Below, piece by piece: positions 12,835 through 26,526 of a stretch of 64,000 nucleotides of DNA. The translations under genes were made by a program, and so were the position numbers. The first letter of the stretch is position 1. Every line of letters begins with the position of its first letter. The stretch covers positions 6,188,275 to 6,252,274 of the forward strand of contig NC_134032.1 of NCBI RefSeq assembly GCF_964204645.1, in the 5' to 3' direction. Origin of the DNA: Tubulanus polymorphus. Lineage: Eukaryota; Animalia; Nemertea. The notes under the pieces are model-generated. The model was given only the letters and a program-made list of their open reading frames with translations, ran no database searches and was not told the DNA's origin.

Positions 12835-13851
12835 TACGGAAGAGCAATGCGGCCAACAACATTTTATTTTCCGTTTAAAAAGTCGACTTTTCGAATTAGT
12901 AAGTCGTATTTTCGACTTAGTAAGGCGACTTTTCGACTTTAAAAAGTCGACTTTTCGAGTTCGCATGTCGAATTTTCGGCTTAGTAAGGCGACTTTTCGA
13001 GTTAGTCAACCATTCAAAAAGTCGACTTTTCGAGTTTACAAGGCGACTTTTCGACTTAATAAGTCAACTTTTTGACTTCATAAGTCGACTTTTCGACTTA
13101 AAAAAGTCGACTTTTCGAGTTACTAAGTCGACTATTCGACTTTAAAAGGTCGACTTTTCGCCTTTTAAAAGTCGACTTTTCGACTTTAAAAAGTCGACTT
13201 TTCGAGTTACTAAGTCGACTATTCGACTTTAGAAGGTCGACTTTTCGACTCAAAAAGTCGACTTTTAAAAGTCGACTTTTCGACTGTCACTTTTTGGTAC
13301 GGAAGTACGGAAGCGATAGAGGGCCTCGAGATGTCGCGTTCCAACTCGACAAGTCGTCATATCTATGTCGACATACCGCGATATATCGCGTCAAGTCGAC
13401 ATGAATATGTCGACATATCGTGACGTTTTCACGAAAAATTTCGCTTTTTCGCCCATTTTCCACGGGACAAGCCGTCATTTGAAGACATGTCTAAATGTAT
13501 AATGTCACGATACATGTCTAAATGTCACGATATGTATATGGCACATCACCGGGCTTTATGGGCCATATACTCCTTGAGATGTCTGGCTGTACCCCCTACC
13601 CCCTCCCGTTTGACTATGGGCCTTAAGTATGCGTCCTTTTATTGAAATTAGGTCAGCTATGTCATTGGGCCGAACAACTATCACCACCGGCGGACGTACG
13701 GACGAACGAAAAGTTGACTTTTTAAAGTCGAAAAGTCGAATTACTAACTCGAAAAGTCGACTTATTAACTCGAGAAGTCGACTTTTTAAAGTCGAAAAGA
13801 CGACTTTTTAAACGGAAAATAAAATGTTGTTGGCCGCATTGCTCTTCTGTA
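12835..13851. mobile_element. Foldback-type non-autonomous element with long TIRs and ~21-bp subterminal tandem repeats
   Basis: TACGGAAGAGCAATGCGGCCAACAACATTTTATTTTCCGTTTAAAAAGTCG at left and its near-perfect reverse complement ending 13851. AAGTCGACTTTTCGA(C/G)TT arrays at ~12880-13285 and inverted at ~13705-13810. Confidence 0.85.
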
Positions 13852-14519
13852 CCTATCCGTATCACCTGGGAAGTGACGATGAAATCCTGTACATTATGGT
13901 GAGGTCACCTCATAGGTGACTGAGCTACTGACCTAATTGTCCGCTAGATGGCGAACTAGTGAAAGGTCGCTGCATTTATGACAAATGCTTTAGAGTGAAA
14001 TACCCAAACACCGATAGGTGGCGAGACTTCACGATAAAACATTTGTTTTAAATATCTTTTGACATTTTTTGAAATTTTTGAAATATCTCGAAAAATGTAA
14101 TTTTTTTATTCCCCAGAGATAGGTTAAGATACCGGTTTAAAGAAATTTTACAAAGAATTCCATTAAGTCTAGTTTGCTTGCAGGAAGGTCGCTTTAACAC
14201 CAAAATCAACCATCCTACGTTTTTCGTGATTGTGCATAGGAATACGCCCCTCCGCCAATTCTTGCACAGGAATATTATGTTACTTCCATCATAATTTTAT
14301 AGATTAAACATTGCAGGGTTTCTAATAAATCAAAATTTTCATATCTCCAGATTTCACAGCCGTTTGAGCTACAATAGCAATCAGACATGATTATGCAGTA
14401 TAGTATAGTAGTTTATTTGTCACCATCAATATGTACAAGATTAATAATAACAATAGTAAATTACAAACAATGAGGTGACAGGAGCCTGAACAGAGCGAAC
14501 AATTTCGCTTTAAAATTTT

Positions 14520-16870
14520 CAACACCTTGTGAGGGAAAACCGTTGAGTGTATTTCATGCTAACGTCCGAAGTGTCAAGAAGAACTTTGATAACTTCAGTG
14601 ATTACCTTCAAACTCTGAACCATCAATTCTCTGTAATTGGATTATCCGAAACATGGACTGACGAGAATTTCCCAAATGAATCCTTGTATCACATCCCAAA
14701 CTACACTAGTGTTTTTCGAAGTAGATCGAATGAAAAGGGTGGCGGTGTAGGTATCTTAATAAATAATACTTTTCGGTTAAAATTAGGGAGGATTTAGTTA
14801 TTGGTAAATATCTATATTTGCTGAGTCTAAAATTTTAAATGGAGTCTTCCTTAACGATATCAGAGATCATTACCCGATTTTTGCTGTGATGGATATTTTA
14901 AATGAGAAATGTAATCCCAATTCCCCTAAAATTCAGATCCGTGATATTAATCCAAGGTCAATCGAAACATTTTCCCGATCATTGTTAGCCAGCGATTGGT
15001 AGTGTGTTTACCATAGCAATAGTCCAGAAAAGTCTTGTAACGAATTCTATAATATTGTAAATACGTGTTATGAAGCATGTTTTCCGGTTAATAAGTGAAT
15101 AACACCCAAACAACACAATAAACCATGGATTACAGCAGGGATCAAAACGTCTATCAAAATTAAGGATAAATTATATAGAAAATATATAGGTAAAATAAGT
15201 ATTGAGAGCAAAGCCAAGTATTGTAAATATAGGAATTTCTTAAACTCTTTACTTAGAAAAATAAAGAACGTTATTACAAAGAAAAATTTTTATCGTGTCA
15301 ATATGATCCTAAGGAAACTTGGAAAATAATCAATTCATTACTTAATAAGACCAAAAATAAGAAGTGTAATTCCGAGTTTTTACACAATAACAGGGTTATT
15401 ACTGATGAACTAGAAATTGCAAACCAGTTCAATGATTATTTTGTAAATATTGCTTGATCTCTTGAGTCTAAAATTCCAAATTCCATTGACGATTTTAAAC
15501 AATATCTTGGCGATAAAAACGATGAAAACTTTTTTCGTTCACCTACAAACGTACCCCTCAGAAGTCGGGGAAATAGTATCTAACTTCCAAAGTAAACCAA
15601 CGTGTGGATGTAACAATATCAGCAATAAATTACTCAAATCAATTATTTCCGTTATTTCAAGTCCCTTAACTCATATTTTTAATTGTAGCTTTGTCACAGG
15701 TATAGTTCCCAATATTTTCAAAATCGCTTACATAACCCCTATTTAGAAAACGGGTGATAAGCCTTCTTTTAGTAACTATCGCCCTATTTCTGTTCTACCT
15801 TCAATTTCAAAGGTGTTGGAAAAACTTGTTTACAATCGGTTGATAAAATTTCTTGACAAATATAAAATCTTAAATGACCGGCAGTTTGGTTTTAGAAAAA
15901 AGTACTCAACTTCCTCTGCATTAACGTACATTACTGATAAAATAGCAAACTCTCTAGATAATGGTTTAATAACCCCTGGGGTTTTCATAGACTTATCAAA
16001 AGCATTTGACACAATTAATCACAAAATCCTAAGTTCAAAATTAGACCATCTACGGTATACGTGGCATACCATATCTCTGGTTCCAAAATTATCTAACTAA
16101 TAGAAAACAAGCAGTGAAGTTCAATAACTGTTTATCCTCAACTCAATTCTTTTTGCGCTGATGATAGCAACTTTTTTACAGCCATCATGATCCAAAATTT
16201 GTCGAATACACATTGAATTCAGAGTTGGCTAATCTCTTGCAATGGTTTCGGGCTAATAGATTGTCTGTAAATGTAGGAGAAACCCAGTATATTATTTTTG
16301 GTAATAAAGACCATATTAAACTCACCATTAGTCTGGATGACCAAATTATCAAACGTGTTGATTCTACAATGTTTCTAAGTGTTATATTTGATCACAATTT
16401 TACCTGGAAGGAGCATATATCTTTTACGTGTAGAAAAGTATCTCGTGGAATTGGTATAATCAATAGATTAAAGTACATGTTACCTTCTGATATTCTAAAA
16501 AATCTCTACTATTGTTTCGTTCACTCACACCTACATTATGCCAATCTTATTTGGGGAAATGCCTCTAAAATATATTTGCAACCATTATACATCCTTCAGA
16601 AAAAAGCCCTTCGGATAATCACTCGTTCAGATTGGCTTGAACATACATCCCCGATTTTCAGGAAATTAGAAATTCTTAAACTGGATGACATTTACAGACT
16701 TCAAATTGGATCGCTTGCCTTCTTAGGTATCAACCTTTTATTACCGACCATTTTCAAAAGATTTTTTCATTCTCAGGAACACCAAAAATCTTCGTTCTAG
16801 TTGCAGACCCATGGCCTTATCAATAGAATTTCCTAAATCTAAATACCAGTATACATCTATAACAAGAAAA
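14520..16870 (+). mobile_element. CR1/L2-group LINE ORF2 remnant (APE + RT), decayed
   Basis: FHANVRS, IGLSETW, KGGGVGI, KPWIT.GI, NYRPISVLP, QFGFR, FIDLSKAFDTINH, ADD; many frameshifts and deletions. Confidence 0.88.
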
Positions 16871-18149
16871 TTAATTTAAGAAAATTATTTGACGCCTACG
16901 AAAAAAATGTAGAATTTCTGGGCTAAGCTAATGTGGAATTGCAAATTTGAAATCGAAGTTTTAAGAAATTTGGGGAATGATGAGATTTGGCGATTGGATA
17001 GATGATACAGGTCTTCGACTCTAGTAGTGGTTTAAATTTTTTTATTGAAAATTCTCAATGATCGCGAACTTGCGACCGACTTCATTTACTTATGCCTCTA
17101 AGCTGGTCTGCAACTTCATTGCCTCCATGGTTTAAGAAAGAGCTCTTCTGATGTCTGCTTCATCATGACCTCGAGCATTTCGTGTGGCCTAGCCAGCCGG
17201 CCCGGTCCCCGGGCCCGGGCCACGGGTTTGGCTGTCACTCGATATCCTAGAGTCTTGAGTCTGGGTTGAAGTAGACACTGTCATTTAAAATAACATGCTT
17301 ATGTTGTTCTGTATGAATTACCCGTGTGTCATGTATGTTGCATTAATTTATTTTAAAATTTGTATTTATTGAATTTGGGAATTTTACCCCGGGATTTCAA
17401 TGTTATAAGGATCAATAAAGAATTGAATTGTCACCTAATACACATGCCATCAGAGGACGCGGAGCCGTATATGACAGCTATGCTATTATAAATTGCTAAT
17501 CTCACGAAACCTGCATACTCCTAATATCAAACATATTTTCTAAAACGTTTGAATATTGAAATTATATGTTTACACATTTTCATATTGACCGCTTGTAGCC
17601 GCTGATGAAATTCACGCCGGCCCTTCCCACATCGTAGATAGCTTCGTCATTCCACCGGCATGCCCACGTCAAGGTCTGACTTTTATATCGGACTTCCGTA
17701 TCGTGTATACATCCGCCATTTAACCGAATAATCCGATTTACTTATCATTTCTATTTATGCCTGCCGCTTCTGATATAATCATACATCCTTTACTATTACA
17801 ATACGTCTTCTAATGATATTCAATGCAATATAACATTTCGGATTTCAAATATAGGTCATTATATAATCACAGGAAGCCATTCTACATCTATGTCAATATT
17901 AAAATGCCAGATAGCTTGGTTGTGTACACATAGACCTGTGACGTTTTGCACGTCGATTTACGTCTGTCGTTTGTAAAATGACGCTGAATGGTTAACATTT
18001 AGGTTTAGGTTTCATAATGGTAACGTTTTATAAGGCGTCAAAAAATTCAAGGAGCGAAATTTTGGAATGGTTTACCAGAGAAATTGAAATATCTAGACTC
18101 GATATCCAACTTCAAAATCCAGCTTCAGCGTTATCTTCGTTCGACTTAT

Positions 18150-18445
18150 TAATTATCTGTGTAATCGTTTATAACGTGCTAAATTACTTTATCTGCAATT
18201 TTCTATGTATATTATGTATATTTGGTTTGTTTGGTAAATTAGGAATGAATGTGAATTGGTGTAAATGTCTGTGTGTATGTGAGAGTGTATGGACGAGGGA
18301 TTAGGACTAAATTAAGCTAACTTTGGCTTCTCCTAATTCCTCGCATAATTTATTGGTACGTTGTTTTCCATATATTATGTATTCATTTGTAAACTCTGTA
18401 ACAATCTTTTATGCAAATAAATCATATCATATCAAAATCAAATAA
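18150..18445 (+). mobile_element. 3' end fragment of CR1/L2-type LINE
   Basis: TG-rich UTR, GAGGGATTAGG..AAGC..GCTT..CCTAATTCCTC stem-loop, AATAAA(TCATA)n tail; same architecture as 5850-6200. Confidence 0.55.
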
Positions 18446-21400
18446 TTCAAGCATTACATTATCGGAAGTTTCAAACGCCTGACCTAGTATTGCATAGCTA
18501 TCATAACCAATTTTTTTTGCTTTTACGAAACTGTCATTCCTGTTAAAGTTTTCCCCGAGATACACAATCCTAAACTTTACACCTCTAATCCCTGGTTTCC
18601 AAACATAAATTTCGAAATTCGTTTATTCCTACTTTTAATTCGAGCTAACACTAATAATTTAGCTTCATCATCCACCGTATGGCCCTTGTCGGCGGAGTAT
18701 TCAAATCGTATCATCAAAATGTACAACCCGAGAGATGTCTGAATTACCGTGTCGTCCGCATAAGGCATAATTAATGAATAAGTAAAGTCATCATTTCTCG
18801 ATCACAATTCAGATTTAGTTTTTCAATAAACAACGAAGTTGGTTTACTGCATGAAATAGGGAATTAGTCTTCGATATCGTATAAAAATAAGGAAACTAGT
18901 CAATAGGCGATAGATTTTCACCTTGTCTTAAAACCTTATATCAGCCGCAAAATATTGTGACGTGTTGCGTTAAATTTAATCTACGGAAGACCTTGCTCGT
19001 TTAACGCCATGTGGTGAGATAGCTGGTGTTGCCGATTCCCCGTTCATGTGCAATGAATGGAAAAGTCAGAAGTTCTACGTCGAAACGCCTATGGTTTCCA
19101 CGGGTTTTCCACTGGTGAAAAGGAATTATTCTCTAAATGCTTAGTATGCTCAGCTGTTTGGCGGTTCTAATGAATGTTTTGCAACGCCATATTGGCTGAT
19201 CGTTTGAAGAAATAAGTCGCTGGTATTTGTTGATAAAACCCTGAATTAAATCCAACTAGAAAGAACCGGTTATTTCTGGTTCACTTTTGGTGTGTTTGAT
19301 ATAGTCTGCAATGATTAAAATGGTTTATTGGTTAACTTAGATATCGAGTCAATACAGGAATAAAATTATGTATGTGATCAGTCCAGGTTATCTATGAATT
19401 AAGATCATTTACCTTTTGACATCATGACTTTTTGCTGGAAAATCCTTACATTGGACAAGACTAACATCGAGGAAAGAATCGTCGGGTGACGTCGGTAACG
19501 ATGGCAGTACCCGTCGAAAGTTCGATGCATGTATCGAGCCAATATATGAATGTGAAAGCAAGGCACACTTAAGATAAGTGGCTCATGTTTGAAGGTGAAA
19601 GCTTATGGGAATGTAATAAGAGTGTAGTTACTATTATTAGAATGCGAAGACTTATTTGGGGGGTTCAGGAGGGGGTATAAGGAAGTGGCAGGGACTGAAC
19701 ATTAAGAAGAAGCTGAGGGCTAAGGAAAGTGAGGTATGTACGGAATATAAATATAAGTTAAGGGTTTGGCACGGAGAGAGAATGAATTGGAGGTTAGGCG
19801 TGACCATACAAAATATAACTGTAAGTTTTGAATATTTAACTCGAGGAAGAAGCAGACTGAAGAACAACCCTAAATGGTAGTCAGATTACCGTGGTGACGC
19901 ACGGAAGATTGGGATCGCACACAGAATGTGGAGAGTTCTTCAAATCTATACCTGACGAAATATAAGTTTCATCAAATTATTGCTATGAAATCGACGTGTT
20001 CGTACATTTTTCATTTTTTGCGGGAAAATAGTACCTGGTGAATAAAGAAATTACTAGAGAACTCAAACCGGCCAGGTTTTTTTTTTCCAGAAATAATTGC
20101 AGCAGTAAGGAAAATATCCATGTCTTTAAAATATCCTCTGCGACTCTCGTAATAGGTCAAACTACGTGTACAGTGTACTAGTGTTGAGTTGGCATTCGAC
20201 GAAAATACACCCCACCTCAGATACCAATTATTTTACTCAATCAGTTGTGTATATATGTTGTTCAGTATAGGTTGACTGAGAGCGCCTTTTCTAGCGTCGC
20301 TTACCATCTGGCCGAGTAAACATAGCACACGATGATCTCTCTTACTCTGTAACTTTCAGAACGATTTGTAACACCACACGTGGTTACCCGTCGGATCTAC
20401 GTCCGGTTACCTCGCTTCAACGAATTACCCGTCGTTAATGCGCGACGTTGAAGTCGTTGGTTCATCAACAGCTCTCTACCGGGAACTTTCAACATCAAAC
20501 TTACCACGACATCGAGCTGTCAATATTCTATAGTGCACACAAAATAAAAATGAATTCTCGCACGCTCGAATTTATTTGTGTTTTATTCACTCAACCTTTG
20601 GTATCAAACAACATATATACACTATATACACTTACTAACTACCTTCTCGTATCTAATATTTGAGGTGAAAAACATTTACTGGACAACTTATTATCAAATC
20701 TAGTAATCATAATTCTTTTCATATTTGATATGTTTATTGGTTTGAAAATGCTTTGATTTATGTGATTTTGAATATTTACCTCCACAAAAAACAATATATT
20801 TTTTCATTAGATTTAAATCTAGAAAATTCATTGCCTAAATTACATTGAATTCCAGTAAGTATCTATTGGTTCTAAAGTATCTATTGGTTCAGTAATTCAA
20901 TATGTTTCATTCGATAATATTTGATGAATTAGATAGACATATCGATTTTTATATTATCTTCCATACACTAAATTTGTTGTTAGGATATAATTTTTAACAT
21001 CAAATGGTAAAAATGATTTATTAGTTTCTTCGATTTCAATTTTATATTCGGTTTCTTCTTCTCCTTTCTTCATTTCTATAACAAAACTTTTATTAAGATG
21101 AATTGTCTAGATTGTTTATATCTAAAAACTTATAACTTATAAATTCTAACTTATATCGATATAAACATTTGGTATTTCAAATCTAAATTATTTTGCCAAC
21201 ACTTTACACACACTGTTATTAATTTCATTTCATGAGCTCAACCCTTCGACCTTTCGTATCAAACAACATATATACACTTACTAACTACCTACTCGTTGGT
21301 GCATATGATAGTAGATTCTGCGGTTACGGTGAACGAGAAATCACCCGTAACGGTTCGATCTCGTTGATGTTTATGAGTAACGTACATCTGTAGAAGAAGC

Positions 21401-21879
21401 AATTTTCTTAAATTTAGCAAGTTACAAACATCGAAGTGTACAAATTTGCCATAACCAGATTACAATGTCAGCTATTATTAGAATGATTAGAATGGTTCGG
21501 ATATTTATGCTTTGAATCTGACATTCATGGCTATTAGTTTAAAATTGATCCGTATCTTTGAATTGGCTTCGGTTAAAATACATGACGGATGGAACAGCAG
21601 CAGTGAACCGATCGCCAATATACATGAACAAACAGGACTACCATCGGTAACATTTTACACAAAATCCAAAAAAGCAATCATCACAGGTTTTTCATTATTT
21701 CAAATTTCATACGCAATTATTAGTTTAAATCTACAGAATATCCGATTGGAACGTCACTAATCCGTTGATCCAGACCTCTATTAACCAGATTGGAGTGCTC
21801 ATTCGCGATTACTCATTCACATGTAATAACTCTCTGATCAAAACACTTACATTGGTGGTTTATCACTGCGCAGGCGTTA

Positions 21880-22640
21880 AGGCTGGCTTATGTCGACAAG
21901 CAACGCGACGCCTACCGACGCAACTGGGTTTATCGCCGATTAGCGGCAACTAGCGGCCTACGAGAGGCAGCCAGTTGCTGTTCTATCGGTTCGATATAAG
22001 CCGGCTTGCGACGGTAACCCGACGCCTATCGACTCGTCGCAAGGCGTATCCGGCTAGTTACCCATGTGCTACTCCGGCCTACGGTAGGCGGACAGTTGCT
22101 TTCGATCGCCGACATAAGCTCATCTGCGACGCGACGGAACTGAGCGCAGGGGTTCCAGCCAATGAGAGACCGCATATACATAGTACAAATTATCACCGCT
22201 AGCTATAACGTCATTCATAATTAGTCAATAACTTTCGTAAACCAAACTTTCGGCACGGCAGAGGACTGGACCGATAAATTGGTAGAATTATGGTGTGAGC
22301 GGCCATCGTTATATGATGTCGCTAGCACGTTGTATTCAAAACAGAATCAGAAAGATCATAGTCTTAAAGATATAGCTTTTCTAATAGAAATATATTTCCT
22401 AATAATTCAAATTTATTCTCAAAATGCTTATCACGTGACCATATGAGCCGTTGCAGTTGCTAGTAATCGCAACCGACATAAGCAGGGAAGCAACTGGGAG
22501 GATCTCATATCCCGCTAGTCGACCTCAGTTGCTGCGAATCGGAGCGCAGTCGACATAAGCTGGGCTGCGATCGCGGTTGCTCTCAGTTGCGTCGGTAGGA
22601 GTCGGTAGGCGTCGCGTTGCTTGTCGACATAAGCCAGCCT
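21880..22640 (+). mobile_element. PIF/Harbinger non-autonomous element with MADF (Myb/SANT-like) remnant
   Basis: Perfect 40-bp TIR AGGCTGGCTTATGTCGACAAGCAACGCGACGCCTACCGAC and TTA TSD (21877-79 / 22641-43). Internal frame ~22255-22380 reads WTDKLVELWCERPSLYDVASTLYSKQNQKDHSLKDIA. Confidence 0.9.
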
Positions 22641-24169
22641 TTACAGTATACATCGGCTTCAACTGGACACGCGATCTAGTGACTTCAAGTGACATCATCG
22701 GTGTATATGAATTGGAAGGGGTACGTGTAGTAGGAACTGATACTATACTCTCTCGAATCCTCTGCGTTAATTCAGACGGCTTTCTATGCATACTGTGCGT
22801 TTCATTGAAGGGTGCACTTACAACCAAGTCTAAAAAAGAAATATACTTTAAAATTGAATCGCTTTCGATGGTTGATGTTAATTTCTTGTCTATGTCAGTA
22901 AGTACTCTAATAAATTCGGATCGGGACAAATCATTGCGTTTGAATGGGGAACCGGCACACCAGCTATCCCGTCAGATGGCGCCACTGAGATGTCAGACAC
23001 ACTCGATCAAAATAAGTTCATTTTCAAGTAACTACTTTGATCTTGATTTTCGGTCTTCCAATCCAAAAATTTGGCAAATCACGCATCGACATAAACTCTG
23101 ATTAAGAGTTCATATGTGCCACGATTTGCATATATCATGCAGATATTTTGAGAAATTATTGTTAGATTTTAATTGAGTTTGAGAAGAAATCCAGCGTCGA
23201 CGTCGTATTGTACACTAGCGAACCTGGCGGATTATAGTGGAATTCCGCTTGCCACAGTAGCGTTGCCGGTACGCTACTGCAACTGGTTCCGGAAATGACT
23301 TGATTTGTTCGAGCGTTGTTTGGTATCGGGCGAATGGTTCAGTGCGCTTTCTGATCAGGCACGGGCCAGATCTGTGCCAATTCGTCCAGAGCAAACATCG
23401 TATTCGCGTGATCATTAATTCAAAAAATCTTTCGAGACGATACGTACAATGACCTTTGAAATGTCTAGTGAAATGACTGGAAACAGTCAGTGTTCAACAT
23501 TGTTCAACAATGATGACGTTAGAAACACGCATCAACACACATAAACAATAACAGTGAGCACGTGATGAAATTGCCGATTTAATTCTCAGAGAAGACTGAA
23601 CTGAAATTAAAATCAGTAGCATATTTATAATTTGTGAACATATTACTTTATAGAATAACTTTAAGTTCAGTTTATCGCCCGGTGAACCAACAACGAAAAA
23701 GTGTGCAATACGTCCCTAAATGCTGTTAAAAAACAGACTGCTCTATTTCATTTTGTTACGATTGCGTTCGGTAACTGTGTGTGACGATCGTCGTAAAGTA
23801 GAAAATAAGCTGGTTTTGTCGTCACGGCCCATTCACTAGGTGCTCCAACTGGTTCACAACGATGACCCTGGAATGGAAATACCCTGACCGAATGGAGAGC
23901 TATAGTGGTGTCATTTCCTTCTGACATAATTTCCTACCCATCTACGTATATGAAAAATGAAGGCTTGTGGTAAACGGAAGTATGATGTTGCGTTTTTGGA
24001 CCACCCTGTATTGATGAGTTAATTATTATAAACATTATAAAAAATTGAAAGTTCGAACTAACGACCTTGACTAACGACCTCGACATTTATTTAATTTGCA
24101 TTTATCAGGAATGTAACGTTATGGCCCGAACTATACGCCACTGCAATGTCTATACAAATGGGATAATCG

Positions 24170-24620
24170 CATGGCTACTGTGGCGATCGATACCACGTAT
24201 GGCAGGCATGTATCCGTCATGTTCGCTAGTAGATAGTTGGTCGCCCGTGTTCGATTTCTTCTACACTTCAATTAAATTTGAATGAACTTTTCTCTTAAAT
24301 GAATCAATTATTTATGTAAACAATACCAATATCCGAGTAGAAGAATTAAAGTATTGCTACATTTCGTGAGTGTTGTGATAATATATGGATTTGGCAGTCT
24401 GGAAATCAAGTTCAAAATTCATTGAAAATTATTTAACTTTGACAATGGACAACCTACTGCTCGTCGCGCCATCTGGTTAATGGATAGCTGGTTGTGTGGG
24501 TGCCACATTGACGAATTGTTTTCTTCTTTTTAAGATTGATTCAACCAATTTCTGATAACATTACGCAATCAATCATGCAATTTACTGCGGGAATTTGCAT
24601 GATATAATTACAAGTAAGCC
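24170..24620 (+). repeat. Dispersed repeat family, copy C, upstream of Ig-like gene 1
   Basis: Homologous to 12310-12580 and 10730-10995. Confidence 0.65.
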
Positions 24621-25158
24621 AGACATATGTGCTTTAATTGCGCTCATTATGAACACTTACGAAAATACATAAACTGAATATCAATACTTTTGTATATTTT
24701 CGACTCATCGCAATGATACAGCGCAAGCGAAAGTGGCTAAAGAACTAAACAGGTAAGATACAGATACACATTAGCACCCATTTCCAAAGTTTAACTCGGA
24801 GTTAACTAAATGTTTAATACAGTACATCTACTGAGAATAAGGGCTTCTTTGAGATGAGAGTTTACAGAGAGTTAGCTCAGAGTTGAGTCAGAGTTTCCTT
24901 GTTTCCTGGAGACTAGTAGTTTATTCGAAGTTTTAACTATATCCTAACGTCGACTTCGAGAATATTGACTTATCAGCTTTGGAAACATTTCAGACTCTTT
25001 TTATTTTTCAAAGTAGCATTACAACACGGACTCAGAGCTAAGGAGTAAAAAGATCGAATAGATATCATTTTATAAACATATGTACACATGTTTTATATAT
25101 CTAATATATAATTCTATGTAATAAGCAAGTCTTTATTATTCTAGGTTTTATATCAACA

Positions 25159-25224
25159 ATGATGTTCTACTACAAGTTATTCCTCTTATCAATCGTCTTA
25201 ATTCACGTCAATGAAACCAAGAAG
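25159..25224 (+). CDS. Secreted Ig-like gene 1, signal-peptide exon
   Basis: Acceptor ttctag|25145; MMFYYKLFLLSIVLIHVNETKK; donor AAG|gtacgt (phase 0); paralogous exon at 34994-35068; possible upstream UTR exon donor cag|gtaaga at 24752. Confidence 0.75.
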
Positions 25225-25492
25225 GTACGTAGTTTGGGGAGGACTTGTCGAAATAATAACTTATAGTTGTATAACTTATATGCATTTTTACAAGCATGTT
25301 CATAAAATGAGAACATGACATAACTGTGGCGATGTAAAGAGATAGATTGTCTCGCCATCTTAGAAATCAAACCGCCAAATTGCTCGTGGAGGCAATTTTT
25401 TCACAAGGTTGATCCTTTCTTGCGCATGCGTTACTCCACCTAATTTCCGGCTATATTAATCATATTTACTGGGTTCAAGGGTCCAAAGGATA

Positions 25493-26267
25493 GAGGTTTG
25501 GGGGCTCTTGACCATTTGTACACATCTAACAAAACGCATAGTTTAAGGCAGAGATACCCCACCGTTGCATGGGCAGCGGGAGAGCTTGTAACTAATTAAG
25601 ATCATGCGTGTGATTAGTGATTAGAAAATTAGTGAAGTACTCGTGGACGAACGAAAATCCATAAACTGTCTGGGTTAGGGTTAGGTCATGCATTATAATA
25701 GAGTAAGGCAATATTAAGTTTTAAAAAAATATAATGCCGTCAGTTGATTCTCCGTTAGTGCAGTGTTCTCAACCGTTCGGCCATAGTCTGTGTTCGAATT
25801 CCAATTTTCGCAATGAAAACGTTGAATTTTTAGGTCAAGCAACGCGCATGCGCACAGGGGAAATCGCAAAAAAATTGCCTTGCGGTGCGAGTTTTGTCGA
25901 CTTCAAGTCATAATATACAAATAATTGATTAGTACGACCTTTTGACGGATCGTACAAATACAAATAAAAATAGACTTTATTGATCGTTAGCAAGACAAAA
26001 TCACCATCGGTTTAGTAACAATAAAGTGGACAGAACAGTGATAAAATTTGCACTTTAGAAAGTTGAACACGATCAATTCCAACGATATTATCGGTCGATG
26101 GATCGGTGATGAATGGATCGCCGACGGATCGTATGGGCGACCTCTAGTCGTCACACTTTGAAAAAGAAAAAAATATCTCTCCCGCTCTGCCCATGCAACG
26201 GTGGGTAATCTCTGCCTTAAACTATGAGTTTTGTTAGATGTGTAATGGTCAAGAGTCCTCAAAACTC
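25493..26267. mobile_element. MITE-like element with ~90-bp TIRs (GAG...CTC termini) inside an intron
   Basis: 25493-25585 (..CTCTTGACCATT..ACATCTAACAAAAC.CATAGTTTAAGGCAGAGA..CACCGTTGCATGGGCAG..) is inverted at 26177-26267. Confidence 0.75.
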
Positions 26268-26357
26268 ATTAATAGAGACTACTTCAGAAAGTCACTTATT
26301 CGAGTTTAACTGTATAGAAAATAACTAACCATCTTTGATATCTTTTTTGTCTAACAG

Positions 26358-26526
26358 GCAGCCACCACAAGCCGGTGTCGGGCTGACCTGGGCATAATTC
26401 GAAGGATCGACGTGGCGAAAAATGGACGGGTTCGGGTGCTCAGAGCTCAGGTCGAATATGAAACCGATTTGAAATATGAAATAGCCATATTGACAGTTAA
26501 AGGACATACAGTTTTCTTCAGAAAAG
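26358..26526 (+). CDS. Ig-like gene 1, candidate coding exon 2 (phase 0 to 1)
   Basis: Strong acceptor tcttttttgtctaacag|; open frame AATTSRCRADLGIIRRIDVAKNGRVRVLRAQVEYETDLKYEIAILTVKGHTVFFRK; donor AAAG|gtattt. Confidence 0.5.

Noticed and set aside
12880-13285. CRISPR-like periodic palindromic repeats
   Set aside because: No unique spacers, no cas genes, eukaryotic context; part of a foldback element arm
19620-19960. ORF 19656-19880 as a gene
   Set aside because: No splice or domain support; more likely a degraded LINE C-terminal fragment
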